This document shows, piece by piece, positions 52,791 to 62,446 of a DNA stretch of 64,000 nucleotides. Position 1 is the first letter of the stretch; every line of letters begins with the position of its first letter. Under the pieces are notes generated by a model. The model was not told the DNA's origin and did not search any database. It was given only the letters and a program-made list of their open reading frames with translations. The stretch comes from Alphaproteobacteria bacterium (GTDB taxonomy: Bacteria > Pseudomonadota > Alphaproteobacteria > Rs-D84), in contig JAFQOQ010000006.1 of the NCBI GenBank assembly GCA_017403085.1, positions 832 to 64,831 on the forward strand. The letters are read 5' to 3'. The position numbers and the translations under genes are program-made.

Positions 52791-54325
52791 TCGTATAATA
52801 CAAATTTTCTGTTGGCGGCGATTTTGCGAATCTTTTCGATTTTTAGGAACAGCAAACATCGGTTTGACATGTCTATTTTGACGCCCTGGTCGGGTAATTG
52901 GTGTATCGCTGTGGCGTGTGCGTTGTAATCGCTGTATGGTTGTTTTATCGGGGGAATTGCAGATGATAAATCTGCGTAATATACGCGCCATTGTGGTGTT
53001 TGTGGCAACCTTTTGTCATCTGTGACAATGCCATGCACCGCCAGTAGCGCGCTATCAGACATCAGTCGGATTTCTGTATCTACGTGGTGGGATAATATTT
53101 TGATACCATTGACGATGACGTCGTTATATGTGCCCTGTAATGTTGTTTTGATGGGTTTTACAGTTATCCGCAATTCTTGGGGCGCGGTTGCCGGTTCTGA
53201 TGATGCGGGTGCGGATGGTGTGGGTTGTTCAGGTGCTTGTTCTGGGGCGGATGGTTCTGAATTGACTTGTTCCGCTTGTTCTACGTTTTGTTGTGTCACA
53301 GTTGGCGCATGTTCTGTTTTTGGTTGAAACCAAATTTTCTTTATGCGTTCGTTTTGTTGTGTGGCGTTATCGATATTTGCCAAACGGATACAGTCCCCAA
53401 TTTGCGCATTACCATTGGCGTCTAGTATTATTGTGTTGCCACCCAGTAATGCCGCCCGAATCGTTTTTGCATTTGCGGGAATTATTACGGGTTTTGTTGT
53501 GCGACCAAATTCCATAATATGGTGTCCAGAACGCAATGAATCTATTTTCTTTAATGCGTATAAATCGTGACTGCCATTAACCCAGTAAACAAAATTTATC
53601 CCCATTTTTGTTTCTGGAATTATTGTGCCGGTGTTGCAGTCGATAATGTATAGGCCTGCGTTGCCCGATTCTGATATTTTACGAACAACGGCATATTTTG
53701 TTTTTATATCATACAAACATAAATCATAGGGCTGTGTTGTACGACTTAGCAGACGTTTCTTTTGGGTGCCATTGTCAAAGAACAAAGAAAAACTGCCGTT
53801 GTCGGTTGGTACAGAATATAAGGGTACCAACATATTTTCGGTGTTTTTTGGTTTGTGTAAAACCGATGTCTTTGGGGCAGGGGACGCGGTTGTTTTGATG
53901 CGTGTCTTGCGTTTGCCGGTAAATACGTGATTTTCTGCGTCCCAGCCATGGAAGCGCGCGGCCAATTCGGTGTTTAATTCTGGTTCAATGGGCAGATTAT
54001 GTTTCTTGCGATACTGTACGGCCAGGCGAAGTGAAATATTAGATGCGTTTGCCCAATTTACAACGCGTTTGCCGCGTTTTCCATGATTTTTTTGTGGTTT
54101 TTCATCAATTGTTTTTGGTGTTGTTGGCGTGTGGGACGTGTCGGGGGCGCATGATGATATGATGGCGTCTTCAATGGCGTGATTTGAAATTTGCTGTGTA
54201 ATTAATGTGCTTAGTTCTGTGGCGTTATCGTGTAGTCGTTGGATTATATCGCGAACACGCTTGTCTGCCAGCAGATTTTTCAATAAATCCGCCAAGAATT
54301 TTTCTGGGTCAAAGGTATTTGCCAT
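52778..54325 (-). CDS. hypothetical cytoplasmic protein with P/Q/E-rich linker
   Basis: 515-aa ORF with no signal peptide and the linker EQAEQVNSEPSAPEQAPEQPTPSAPASSEPATAPQE. I recognise no family. Confidence 0.6.
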   Translation of the reverse strand: MANTFDPEKFLADLLKNLLADKRVRDIIQRLHDNATELSTLITQQISNHAIEDAIISSCAPDTSHTPTTPKTIDEKPQKNHGKRGKRVVNWANASNISLRLAVQYRKKHNLPIEPELNTELAARFHGWDAENHVFTGKRKTRIKTTASPAPKTSVLHKPKNTENMLVPLYSVPTDNGSFSLFFDNGTQKKRLLSRTTQPYDLCLYDIKTKYAVVRKISESGNAGLYIIDCNTGTIIPETKMGINFVYWVNGSHDLYALKKIDSLRSGHHIMEFGRTTKPVIIPANAKTIRAALLGGNTIILDANGNAQIGDCIRLANIDNATQQNERIKKIWFQPKTEHAPTVTQQNVEQAEQVNSEPSAPEQAPEQPTPSAPASSEPATAPQELRITVKPIKTTLQGTYNDVIVNGIKILSHHVDTEIRLMSDSALLAVHGIVTDDKRLPQTPQWRVYYADLSSAIPPIKQPYSDYNAHATAIHQLPDQGVKIDMSNRCLLFLKIEKIRKIAANRKFVLYEKQK

Positions 54326-54384
54326 GTTTTTTCCCTTGGTTAATACGTCCCCGATATGCCCCCCCGTGTTATGTTTATATGGTG

Positions 54385-56202
54385 TTATTTTGTTGTTTTC
54401 TTGTCTTTTTTACTGGTTTTGAATTGAATATCGCGCAGTTTTTTATATTCGCCACCCAACGCGCATAATTCTGCATCTGTTCCTTGTTCGATAATTTGAC
54501 CGTCTTTGATTACGCAAATCATATCGGCGTCCAATATTGTCGATAGGCGGTGCGCAATAACAAATGTTGTACGGCCTTGCATTAAATCGGCAAGTGCGGC
54601 CTGAATTAATTTTTCGCTTTGTGTGTCCAGGGCGGATGTTGCCTCGTCTAGTAACAGGATTGGCGCGTCTTTTAGTATGGCGCGTGCAATTGCAATTCGC
54701 TGTTTCTGGCCACCAGATAATAATGCGCCACCTTCGCCAACAGATGTTTTATATCCCTTGGGGAATTCTTCGATGAATTCTGCGGCGTTCGCAGCCCGTG
54801 CCGCGGCAACAACCTGTTCGTGTGTGGCGTCGGGGCGACCGTATTTAATGTTGTCTTCGATGCTGCCGTTAAACAGGAATACAGACTGGGAAACCTCGGC
54901 AATGTTTGTGCGTAGTGATTTCAGTTTGTATTTTTTGATATCTGTTTTATTGATGGTTATGCGACCTTGTTGTGGGTCATAGAAGCGTTCCAACAGGTTG
55001 AATAGCGTTGTTTTTCCGCCACCAGATGGCCCGACCAATGCGCATACCTTGCCAGCTGGTACTTTCAGGCTAAGATTTTTTATGACGTCTTCGTTCGGGT
55101 TATAGCCAAACGTGATATTTTCAAATGAAACAGACAGTTTCTTGGATGTTAATTCTTTGGCGTCCGGGGCGTCTTTGATGTCCGGTTCGCTGTCCAAGAA
55201 TTCGAATAATATTTCTGCCGCCAACAGGCCGTGTTGCAATGTGTCGCCGGTGCTGGTAATGCTTTTTGCGGGTTTGTATGCCGCGGTCAATGCCAGTAAA
55301 AATGCGGTAAAGTCACCAGTTGTGATTGCACCACTGGCAATGAAATGGCCGCCCATAATCATTGCAATGCACAGACCAATAGATATCATAAATTCCATCA
55401 GTGGTGATCGCAGGGCGTTTGCCTGGGTGCTTTTGTATGCGTTTATCATAGAACTGTTAAGCACATTGGCAAAATTTTGCTCTTCCTTTTCTTCGGCGGC
55501 AAAGGCCTGAATTGTTTTGATGCCGTGCAATGTTTGGTTTAATTGTTGTGATACGTTATTGGCAATGCCAAATGATTGGCGCGATAATTTGCGACGCTTG
55601 CGCATGATTACGACCATTGGAATCATAATTGCAGGTGCCAAGAACATTAACACAACGCACATCTGGTGTGCATAGTAGAACATCAATGCCAATGTCATAA
55701 ATAATGTTGCGACATTTTGGACGACCCTGATGACGGTGCCGGTCACCAAATTTAACACTGCACCCGCCTGGACACCGAAATAATTCAAGTTTTTCCCAAT
55801 GCCGTCCCCATAGAACCGTGCCAGGTTCATGTGGGTCATGTGTTTATAGATTTTTTTCTGAAGATTTGCACTGGCCAATAATCCGCCCTTGGACATAATT
55901 AATGCCTTGGCATAGGTAAATGCGCCCTTGGCACCAAATGCAACAATAACCTGAATCCCCAGCCAATATATGGCGTCCATACTTTTGTTGATAAATGCCT
56001 TATCAACAACCTGTTGAACCAGTGTGATGGTATAACCTTCGGCGCCAGCGGCCAATATAGTGAAAATTATACCAAATAATAACCATTTCCAGTATGGGGC
56101 GCCAACTTCGCGCCATACACGACCGTACAAAGACCACTTTATGCGGCCATTTGATTCATCGCCCTTAATAAAGGCTTTTATTTTATTCAATATTTTTTTC
56201 AT
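54385..56202 (-). CDS. ABC exporter, fused permease/ATPase (MsbA-like)
   Basis: Six-TM N-terminal half. The NBD has GPSGGGKTT, LSGGQKQRIAIARA and LLLDEATSALD. I prefer the ATG at 56202 (MKKILNKIKAF); the track start at 56235 is a TTG. Confidence 0.8.
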   Translation of the reverse strand: MKKILNKIKAFIKGDESNGRIKWSLYGRVWREVGAPYWKWLLFGIIFTILAAGAEGYTITLVQQVVDKAFINKSMDAIYWLGIQVIVAFGAKGAFTYAKALIMSKGGLLASANLQKKIYKHMTHMNLARFYGDGIGKNLNYFGVQAGAVLNLVTGTVIRVVQNVATLFMTLALMFYYAHQMCVVLMFLAPAIMIPMVVIMRKRRKLSRQSFGIANNVSQQLNQTLHGIKTIQAFAAEEKEEQNFANVLNSSMINAYKSTQANALRSPLMEFMISIGLCIAMIMGGHFIASGAITTGDFTAFLLALTAAYKPAKSITSTGDTLQHGLLAAEILFEFLDSEPDIKDAPDAKELTSKKLSVSFENITFGYNPNEDVIKNLSLKVPAGKVCALVGPSGGGKTTLFNLLERFYDPQQGRITINKTDIKKYKLKSLRTNIAEVSQSVFLFNGSIEDNIKYGRPDATHEQVVAAARAANAAEFIEEFPKGYKTSVGEGGALLSGGQKQRIAIARAILKDAPILLLDEATSALDTQSEKLIQAALADLMQGRTTFVIAHRLSTILDADMICVIKDGQIIEQGTDAELCALGGEYKKLRDIQFKTSKKDKKTTK

Positions 56203-56242
56203 AGCGTTTGTATTATAGAAAACGTTATTGGGCAAGTAAAGG

Positions 56243-57208
56243 TTATTTTCGTTCTTTTTGGGCGCGTTGCTTTTGTGACTGTATTAATCGCAAGATTGCA
56301 CCACAATCTTTGTGCTGTTCGATAAAACTGTGACGTGAATCTTTGAAGACAACGTATTTCCACAGGTGGCCATTTTGACCTTTGCGTAAAATACTATATT
56401 TTTGATACATTTGGTCTGGGGGTGATTTTTTGTCCCGGCCACCTGCGACCAATGTTATTGGAATTCCGTATTTGTCCATTAGTTCTGGACAGAATTTAAC
56501 TGCGCCGACGTCATCGTAAAAAGTTGGCAGTATTGATATTTTTTGATATTGATTGTTTATTTGTGGTTCGTGCGGACTGATTAACGTAATTGCAGATTTC
56601 TTAAATTCTTGTTCAGATATCTTGTCGCCGAACGAAAAATGTTTGTAAAATCGCTGGATATATTCCGAAAAATGTTGGGTAATGTATGGTGCGAACATAA
56701 TAGACGCAGAAAAACGCAGTTTTTTATTTTCTTGGATACGTTTATTGTATATTTCAAATGTGCCTGTTGCGCCTGCAGAATGTCCGATTACGCATGAATA
56801 ATTATACTTTTTTGCCCTGACGTCTTTTTCAATTACCTCTAGTCCTGTATCAATCAGGTTGATATATTCGGCAAATGTGTGTTTTTCGGCCAGTTCTTGG
56901 GATGTTTCTGGTAAAAAATCGCCCAGGAACGTATCAATGCAATAAATGTCGTATTGGTTTGCCAACGCCCAATATTCAATAACTTTCATCAGTGGTTCTG
57001 TTCGTGTGTTTGATGCCAAGCCAGGGATTAGTATCAGGCAATTAGATGCCGGTGTATCATTTATAGAATAGTGCGATATGTGGCCAATGGTCTTGTTTTC
57101 AGTGCGTGACGAAAAATTTATTTCCCAGTTAAATGCCTGGGTTTTTAATTCCGATAACAGTTCGGAATAATTATTTGGGATATAAGTATATTTTGTTGTC
57201 TTCTGCAT
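56243..57208 (-). CDS. alpha/beta hydrolase
   Basis: 321 aa with the nucleophile elbow VIGHSAGATG and a preceding LILIPGLASN. Confidence 0.5.
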   Translation of the reverse strand: MQKTTKYTYIPNNYSELLSELKTQAFNWEINFSSRTENKTIGHISHYSINDTPASNCLILIPGLASNTRTEPLMKVIEYWALANQYDIYCIDTFLGDFLPETSQELAEKHTFAEYINLIDTGLEVIEKDVRAKKYNYSCVIGHSAGATGTFEIYNKRIQENKKLRFSASIMFAPYITQHFSEYIQRFYKHFSFGDKISEQEFKKSAITLISPHEPQINNQYQKISILPTFYDDVGAVKFCPELMDKYGIPITLVAGGRDKKSPPDQMYQKYSILRKGQNGHLWKYVVFKDSRHSFIEQHKDCGAILRLIQSQKQRAQKERK

Positions 57209-57272
57209 AATATGTTATTATTGCACACAAAATAAAAAATTGTCAATCAAAGATTTGTTTTATAATTTTGTC

Positions 57273-57301
57273 TTGACTTTTTGTTGCAGAATTTATAAAA
57301 T
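57273..57301 (+). promoter_or_regulatory. sigma70-like promoter of tRNA-Ala (and possibly rpsU)
   Basis: TTGACT (57273-57278), 17-nt spacer, TAAAAT (57296-57301). Confidence 0.55.
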
Positions 57302-57335
57302 CTGCTGGCTTTTAGAAATAAAGGTGCAAAGTTTT

Positions 57336-57411
57336 GGGGTCATAGCTCAGTTGGTAGAGCACCTGCTTTGCAAGCAGGGGGTCGTCAGTTCGAGTCTGAT
57401 TGGCTCCACCA
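57336..57411 (+). tRNA. tRNA-Ala (anticodon UGC), CCA encoded
   Basis: GGGGTCA acceptor stem with a G3:U70 pair, D-loop AGCTCAGTTGGTAGAGC, anticodon arm CCTGC-TTTGCAA-GCAGG, T-loop GGTTCGAGTC... and 3' CCACCA. Confidence 0.92.
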
Positions 57412-57487
57412 AAACAAGAGGGAAGGGGGATGAAAATCCCCTTTTTCATAAGATAATTATAAGTTGCGTTAAAGGGGGTGAATATAT

Positions 57488-57694
57488 ATGGTGAAAGTTC
57501 TGGTTCGCGATAATAACGTAGAACAGGCGTTGCGCGTTGCAAAACGTAAATCGCAAAAAGAAGGTCTGTACCGCGAAATGAAAGAACGTCAGCGTTATGA
57601 AAAGCCAACAACACGACGCAAGCGTTTGAAAGAAGAAGCTGTTCGTAATGAAAAGAAACGTCAGTCGAAACAGCGTATGGTATTCGGATTCTAA
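57488..57694 (+). CDS. rpsU: 30S ribosomal protein S21
   Basis: [40 protein letters not shown] is a canonical (alphaproteobacterial-style) S21. Confidence 0.93.
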   Translation: MVKVLVRDNNVEQALRVAKRKSQKEGLYREMKERQRYEKPTTRRKRLKEEAVRNEKKRQSKQRMVFGF

Positions 57695-57697
57695 TTT

Positions 57698-57728
57698 AAA
57701 ATCGCCCGATTGGGCGATTTTTTTTTTA
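57698..57728 (+). terminator. intrinsic terminator of rpsU
   Basis: atcgccc-gatt-gggcgat hairpin followed by a T10 run. Confidence 0.8.
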
Positions 57729-57744
57729 GGCTGGTTATTTACAA

Positions 57745-57776
57745 ATAAAAAAAAATGGGGACATGCCCCATTTTTT
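57745..57776 (-). terminator. intrinsic terminator of the ppiD-like gene
   Basis: tgggg-acatg-cccca hairpin. The minus strand has a T9 run after it. Confidence 0.6.
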
Positions 57777-59184
57777 ATTTTGCAAACAAACGGTTAAATA
57801 CTTTTTCGTTTATTTCGGTTGGATATTCGCGATTCAAGAATGAGTTGTAATCATCCATAATGCCCTGGGCAGAGGAAGATTCTAATTCTTTACGCAAATT
57901 TCCCATCTTTTTTTGATCCGCCTTGGGTGCGGTTTCTTTGGCGATATGTAATACATAAAATGCATCTGTGTCTGGTACAATTGTGTTTTCGCCCACTGGA
58001 TTATGGAATGCGGCGGACAAAACGGTGGCAGGCGCGCCAGATGCGCGTGATACCGTGGTGGATTTGCCATTTATTGTACCGTTTTTGTTCAAATCAACCA
58101 GTATTTCATTTGCGCGAACATAGGCCTGTTTTTTCTGTTCTGCGCGTGTCCAATCGGCAACCAGCGATTTCTTGACGTTATCGAATTCGGCGGCGTGTGA
58201 TGGGATGATTTTATCGATACGAATAAATACGAATCCGTCTTTGGTTTCAATCATTTCACTTTCTGCGCCTTCGTCCATTTCAAAAATTTTAGTCAATATT
58301 GTATCGCTGATGATTTTATCAACAGGGCGATTCGCAATATCAAATGGTTTAATTGAAACATATTTTACGTCGTGTTTTTTTGCCGCGTCAGCCATTGTAT
58401 CGCCGGCGATAATGTCGTCTTCAACCTTTAATGCGGTTTCGTATTTGGCGTCATAGATGTCAGGTTTGCTTAAATCGCCAGCAATCAAGATGTATGAAAC
58501 ACCACGTGTTTCTGGCACAATTTTTGGGTTCTGGGCATAGAACGCCTGTAATTGTTCATCTGTTGGTGCAGAAACCTTGAAATCAGAATATTTCACAGTT
58601 GCATATTTTATATCACGTTCTGCATATCTGGCGTTATAGGCCGCAGATACTGCGAATTCTGGTACCTTGACCGGTATGGACATAGACCCCAGCACCATTG
58701 AACGCAATACCTGGTTGCGCAGAATATTGGCAAAGTCCGCTTCGGAATAACCAGAACGGCTTAGCACTGTGTCAAATGCCAGTGTGGAAAATTCGCCATT
58801 GATTTGAAATTCTGGAAATTCGCGGATTTCTTGGGCGATTCGGTGGTCGCTGACGACAAAGCCCAAATCGTGTGCGCGATTTTCAACCATTTGTTGCGTT
58901 GCGATGGTTGCCATTACGTCTTGGTTAAATTTGTTTTGTGCCGCTTCGTCTGTATAAATATTGCGTTGTTCGTCACGTGATAATTCGGCCAAGGCACGCG
59001 ATTTTTCAGCATTAAATTGCTGGGCCGATATTTCTGTGCCACCGACCGTCATCAGCGTGTTACCGCCAGATGTATTGCTGAAAATCCATTCGGCAACACC
59101 CCAACCGACAAACGAAAAGGCCAAAATTCCAATCAAAATTTTCGCAACAGGTTTTTCTGCCGCATTTCTTAAATATTCTAGCAT
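57775..59184 (-). CDS. periplasmic chaperone, PpiD/SurA-N-domain family
   Basis: ATG at 59184 after SD aaagggga. MLEYLRNAAEKPVAKILIGILAFSFVGWGV is a typical PpiD N-terminus with TM anchor. Confidence 0.6.
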   Translation of the reverse strand: MLEYLRNAAEKPVAKILIGILAFSFVGWGVAEWIFSNTSGGNTLMTVGGTEISAQQFNAEKSRALAELSRDEQRNIYTDEAAQNKFNQDVMATIATQQMVENRAHDLGFVVSDHRIAQEIREFPEFQINGEFSTLAFDTVLSRSGYSEADFANILRNQVLRSMVLGSMSIPVKVPEFAVSAAYNARYAERDIKYATVKYSDFKVSAPTDEQLQAFYAQNPKIVPETRGVSYILIAGDLSKPDIYDAKYETALKVEDDIIAGDTMADAAKKHDVKYVSIKPFDIANRPVDKIISDTILTKIFEMDEGAESEMIETKDGFVFIRIDKIIPSHAAEFDNVKKSLVADWTRAEQKKQAYVRANEILVDLNKNGTINGKSTTVSRASGAPATVLSAAFHNPVGENTIVPDTDAFYVLHIAKETAPKADQKKMGNLRKELESSSAQGIMDDYNSFLNREYPTEINEKVFNRLFAK

Positions 59185-59252
59185 TTGTTCCCCTTTTGCG
59201 ATACCATAGCAAAACGATATTAGAAAAAGCAAATAAAAAAAGGAGATTCCTG

Positions 59253-59957
59253 ATGAAATTTATTGCGGGTAATTGGAAAATGAATGGCAGTCGTAGTTTG
59301 CTGGATGATATGGTCAAAGATTTAGAAGCCGTCGATACAGAAAACAAGATTATTTTGTGTGTGCCATTTACAATGCTGGGGAAAACGTCTGATAAGATTG
59401 CGTTTGGGGCCCAAGATGTTAGCGCGCAGGCAAAGGGGGCATTTACTGGTGAAATATCAGCGGGAATGTTGGCAGATGCAAATGCAAAATATGTAATCAT
59501 CGGGCATAGCGAACGTCGCCAATATCATGGCGAAACAAATAATATTGTACGTAATAAGGCGACACAAGCCCTGGCAAATGGACTGATTCCAATTATATGC
59601 GTGGGTGAAACAATGGAAGAAAAACAGGCCGGAAAAACAATGGCTGTGATTGAATCCGGTGTGCGCGAATCTGTGCCGTCTGATGTTAATACGGATATTA
59701 TTATTGCGTATGAACCGCGCTGGGCAATTGGCGCGGGATTGACGCCAACAGATGTTGAAATTGCAGATGCGCATGCATTGATTGCAAAAACATTGGAGGA
59801 TATGGGATTGGCCGGCACGCCGGTATTATATGGCGCATCGGTCAAGGGCAGTAATGCGGCAGACATTATGTCGATTCCAAATGTTGATGGTGTATTGGTT
59901 GGTGGGGCATCCTTGAAAAGTGATGATTTCATACCTATAATAACCAGTGTTAAATAG
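59253..59957 (+). CDS. tpiA: triose-phosphate isomerase
   Basis: An AGGAG SD precedes MKFIAGNWKMNG. Motifs IIGHSERR and AYEPRWAIGAG are present. Confidence 0.93.
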   Translation: MKFIAGNWKMNGSRSLLDDMVKDLEAVDTENKIILCVPFTMLGKTSDKIAFGAQDVSAQAKGAFTGEISAGMLADANAKYVIIGHSERRQYHGETNNIVRNKATQALANGLIPIICVGETMEEKQAGKTMAVIESGVRESVPSDVNTDIIIAYEPRWAIGAGLTPTDVEIADAHALIAKTLEDMGLAGTPVLYGASVKGSNAADIMSIPNVDGVLVGGASLKSDDFIPIITSVK

Positions 59958-59977
59958 TTCTATAATCTGTGGGAAAA

Positions 59978-60523
59978 ATGGATATTGGTATGAATAACGA
60001 AGAAAATAAAGAAGTAAAGGTCGAAGAAGTTTCACTGGATGACGCGGATGTAAATTCGGCAAATGATACCGCACCGACAGGTGATGATGTTGCGTCGGCG
60101 GTTGAAGAACTGCGTGGTCAATTGGCAGATATGAATGATAAATATCTGCGGTTGGCGGCAGAGTTGGAAAATACGCGCCGTCGCGCGGCATTGGATGCGG
60201 AATCAAGGGCGCGAAATCGTGCCATGGGTGTTGCAGAAAAAATACTGCCTGTGATGGATGCAGTTGATGCGGCATTGAAACATAGTCCAGATGACGCGGG
60301 AATTCAATCAATGGCGCGTGCGCTGGAGTCTGCGTTTGAACAAATAGGAATAACCAGAATTGAATCGGTTGGATGTACGCTAAACCCGCAGTTGCATAAT
60401 GCAATTCAGGTTGTAGAAGCGGGGGGTGATGCCAAAACAAATGATATTGTCGATGAAATGCAAGCCGGTTATTTGTTTGGTGATTCTGTGTTGCGTACGG
60501 CAATGGTTATTGTTGCAAAATAA
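59978..60523 (+). CDS. grpE: nucleotide exchange factor GrpE
   Basis: LRGQLADMNDKYLRLAAELENTRRR and the C-terminal GYLFGDSVLRTAMVIVA. The start could be the GTG at 59969 or the ATG at 59978. Confidence 0.88.
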   Translation: MDIGMNNEENKEVKVEEVSLDDADVNSANDTAPTGDDVASAVEELRGQLADMNDKYLRLAAELENTRRRAALDAESRARNRAMGVAEKILPVMDAVDAALKHSPDDAGIQSMARALESAFEQIGITRIESVGCTLNPQLHNAIQVVEAGGDAKTNDIVDEMQAGYLFGDSVLRTAMVIVAK

Positions 60524-60534
60524 TTAAAAAAAAA

Positions 60535-60572
60535 TGAAAAAAACGCATGAATTTTGTCATGCGTTTTTTTAT
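60535..60572. terminator. bidirectional intrinsic terminator
   Basis: acgcatga-attttg-tcatgcgt hairpin flanked by A8 and T7 runs. It serves grpE and the small minus-strand ORF. Confidence 0.75.
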
Positions 60573-60587
60573 TATCTGATATTTGCG

Positions 60588-60734
60588 CTATATTTGTTCT
60601 TTCCCAAGGGCAGTCTGACAAAGCCCAGGAATGGCACAGCCACGTTTATTTAGCTCGTCTATCAATGGAACGGCGGCTTTGTTAAATCTTAGTGCCTTGT
60701 TCCCAATGTTTAAAACATTTACTTTGTTAGTCAT
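60588..60734 (-). CDS. 48-aa ORF with AbrB/MazE-like N-terminal motif (below the ORF-track size cut-off)
   Basis: My translation is MTNKVNVLNIGNKALRFNKAAVPLIDELNKRGCAIPGLCQTALGKEQI. The SD is aagagg. It has its own promoter-like sequence and a terminator. IGNKALRF resembles the GNS-x-AVR-[IL]-P loop of swapped-hairpin antitoxins and regulators. Confidence 0.4.
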   Translation of the reverse strand: MTNKVNVLNIGNKALRFNKAAVPLIDELNKRGCAIPGLCQTALGKEQI

Positions 60735-60776
60735 TTTCAATGCCTCTTTCAAAAAAACATCTCTCTGACGTCAGTA

Positions 60777-60805
60777 AATATATACGGACAAAAACTTTTT
60801 GTCAA
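60777..60805 (-). promoter_or_regulatory. sigma70-like promoter for the 48-aa ORF, followed by a 10-bp palindrome
   Basis: The minus strand reads TTGACA (60805-60800), 17 nt, TATATT (60782-60777). A perfect palindrome, CTGACGTCAG, lies at 60765-60774 between the -10 element and the SD. Confidence 0.45.
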
Positions 60806-60822
60806 GTATTTTTGTGTATATT

Positions 60823-62358
60823 TTACTGTTCGCAACCATATTCACCACATGTTTCAGCGGAATATTCCATTACCTCGATTTCCATTGGAACTGGTTTTGG
60901 GTCTTCGGTGTAGTGAATTTCTTTGACAACACGGACGCGACGATTTTCTGCGTTTGGTGTATTGTCTGGGGTTGGAACGGCCAAGCCTTCTTCACCGGCA
61001 GATACTGCGACAATCTGGCTGGCAGGGATACCGTATTGAATTAACATTTTTTGTACTGCTTCGGCGCGACGACCACCCAGTGCGTAGTTATAGTTTGATG
61101 TTCCGGATGTGTCGGTGTGGCCCACAACAGAAACCTTGATGTTTTTGTTTTCTTGGGTTGCGGATGCCAACTTTTGGATTAATTCTTGGTATTCTGGTTT
61201 GATTGTCGCCTTGTTAAAGTCGAAGCGAATTTCAAAGACTTCTTCCATGACGTGCTGCTTTGGTTCCAGTGGAATTTGTTGGACCTTTATCATGGTTTTT
61301 TCGCCGGCAGCGGCCTGAATCTGGTCCAGTCGGGCGTTGATTGCGGCCAATTCACTGCGCATTGCCATCATCATGTTGATGAATTCTTCACGTGTGACCA
61401 ATTCGTCGCTAATGACAGGGATTTCTGTGGCTGGCTCCTCTTCGACAATAGGTTCAGATGGTTCTGCTGATTCGACGACTGGTGTTGCCAAGATAATGCA
61501 ATCTGGGCCATCTTCGGGGGTGCAATTTGTGTTGCCACTGTTCGTGACAGATTTACTGCCGCCATAGATGTTCTGATTGAATACCATTGGTTGTACCGGA
61601 ACAGGGTTTATCAAATGTTCTGGTACATTGACATTATTTACGATAATTACACCTTCGCGTGCGTTGCCGGTGCCGTTCATTGCGGCCATACGACGTGTTT
61701 CAGGATAGTATGTGCCAACACTGTCTGTTTTTTCTGTGACAACAGCGACGGAATTATCAGATTCAACCGATTCTTGGACGACGGTTGTCTTTTTTACAAT
61801 TTTGCCACCTTTGCAATCACGCAGCGCAGTTAATGTTTTTTCAAAACGGTCGCGACATTGTGCGGCAGTTGCCGTTTGGCCACTGGCCGCGGCAGATAAC
61901 CAGCAATCGAATTTTGCCTGGGCTTCGGCGGCAAGTTCTGGGTTTATATCAGATGCGTCGTTTTTTAATTGGTCCATTAATTCGTTATATGCAGTATATA
62001 ATTCAAACGATTCTTGTTCGTTTTCAACCGGCCAGTTTTCCAATGATTCTGGGAACGGCAGTTCGCCACTGAACGCGGCGACCGCTTTTTGTGCGAACAG
62101 TTCGCCCATTTCAGAATATCCACTGGTGCGGGCGTTGTAAATTGCATAAGAACGATAGTTCATTGCCAATTGATTCAGAAATGAATCCTGGTGTGGGGCA
62201 GAATATACGTCCAGTGATTCTACGTAATCTACGGTTGGTGTTGCAACAGGTGCATATTCCATATCAGCAGATTTGTTTGCACCGCATGCCGCCAATGCGA
62301 CAACAGACGCGCCCAATATCATGCGAGATACAACCCAACTGGCAATTTTAGTTTTCAT
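60823..62358 (-). CDS. OmpA-family peptidoglycan-binding lipoprotein
   Basis: Lipobox VVALAAC. The C-terminal OmpA domain reads VVGHTDTSGTSNYNYALGGRRAEAVQKMLIQYGIPASQIVAVSAGEE...NRRVRVV. Confidence 0.8.
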   Translation of the reverse strand: MKTKIASWVVSRMILGASVVALAACGANKSADMEYAPVATPTVDYVESLDVYSAPHQDSFLNQLAMNYRSYAIYNARTSGYSEMGELFAQKAVAAFSGELPFPESLENWPVENEQESFELYTAYNELMDQLKNDASDINPELAAEAQAKFDCWLSAAASGQTATAAQCRDRFEKTLTALRDCKGGKIVKKTTVVQESVESDNSVAVVTEKTDSVGTYYPETRRMAAMNGTGNAREGVIIVNNVNVPEHLINPVPVQPMVFNQNIYGGSKSVTNSGNTNCTPEDGPDCIILATPVVESAEPSEPIVEEEPATEIPVISDELVTREEFINMMMAMRSELAAINARLDQIQAAAGEKTMIKVQQIPLEPKQHVMEEVFEIRFDFNKATIKPEYQELIQKLASATQENKNIKVSVVGHTDTSGTSNYNYALGGRRAEAVQKMLIQYGIPASQIVAVSAGEEGLAVPTPDNTPNAENRRVRVVKEIHYTEDPKPVPMEIEVMEYSAETCGEYGCEQ

Positions 62359-62418
62359 GAATTCGTCCTTTCTATAATCCCTTTTATTATACGATTTTTC
62401 ATAGACTTAGTAAAGCAG

Positions 62419-62446
62419 AAAAAATCCGCCATTGGCGGATTTTTAT
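62419..62446 (-). terminator. intrinsic terminator of the MotB-like gene
   Basis: aaaatccgcc-att-ggcggatttt hairpin. The minus strand has a T run after it. It overlaps the stop codon. Confidence 0.7.

Noticed and set aside
59826-60503. 225-aa minus-strand ORF; likewise 41746..42339 (197 aa)
   Set aside because: They are antisense to grpE/tpiA and to the Pmp autotransporter respectively. Their His/Pro- or Ile/Thr/Asn-rich nonsense composition argues against coding.
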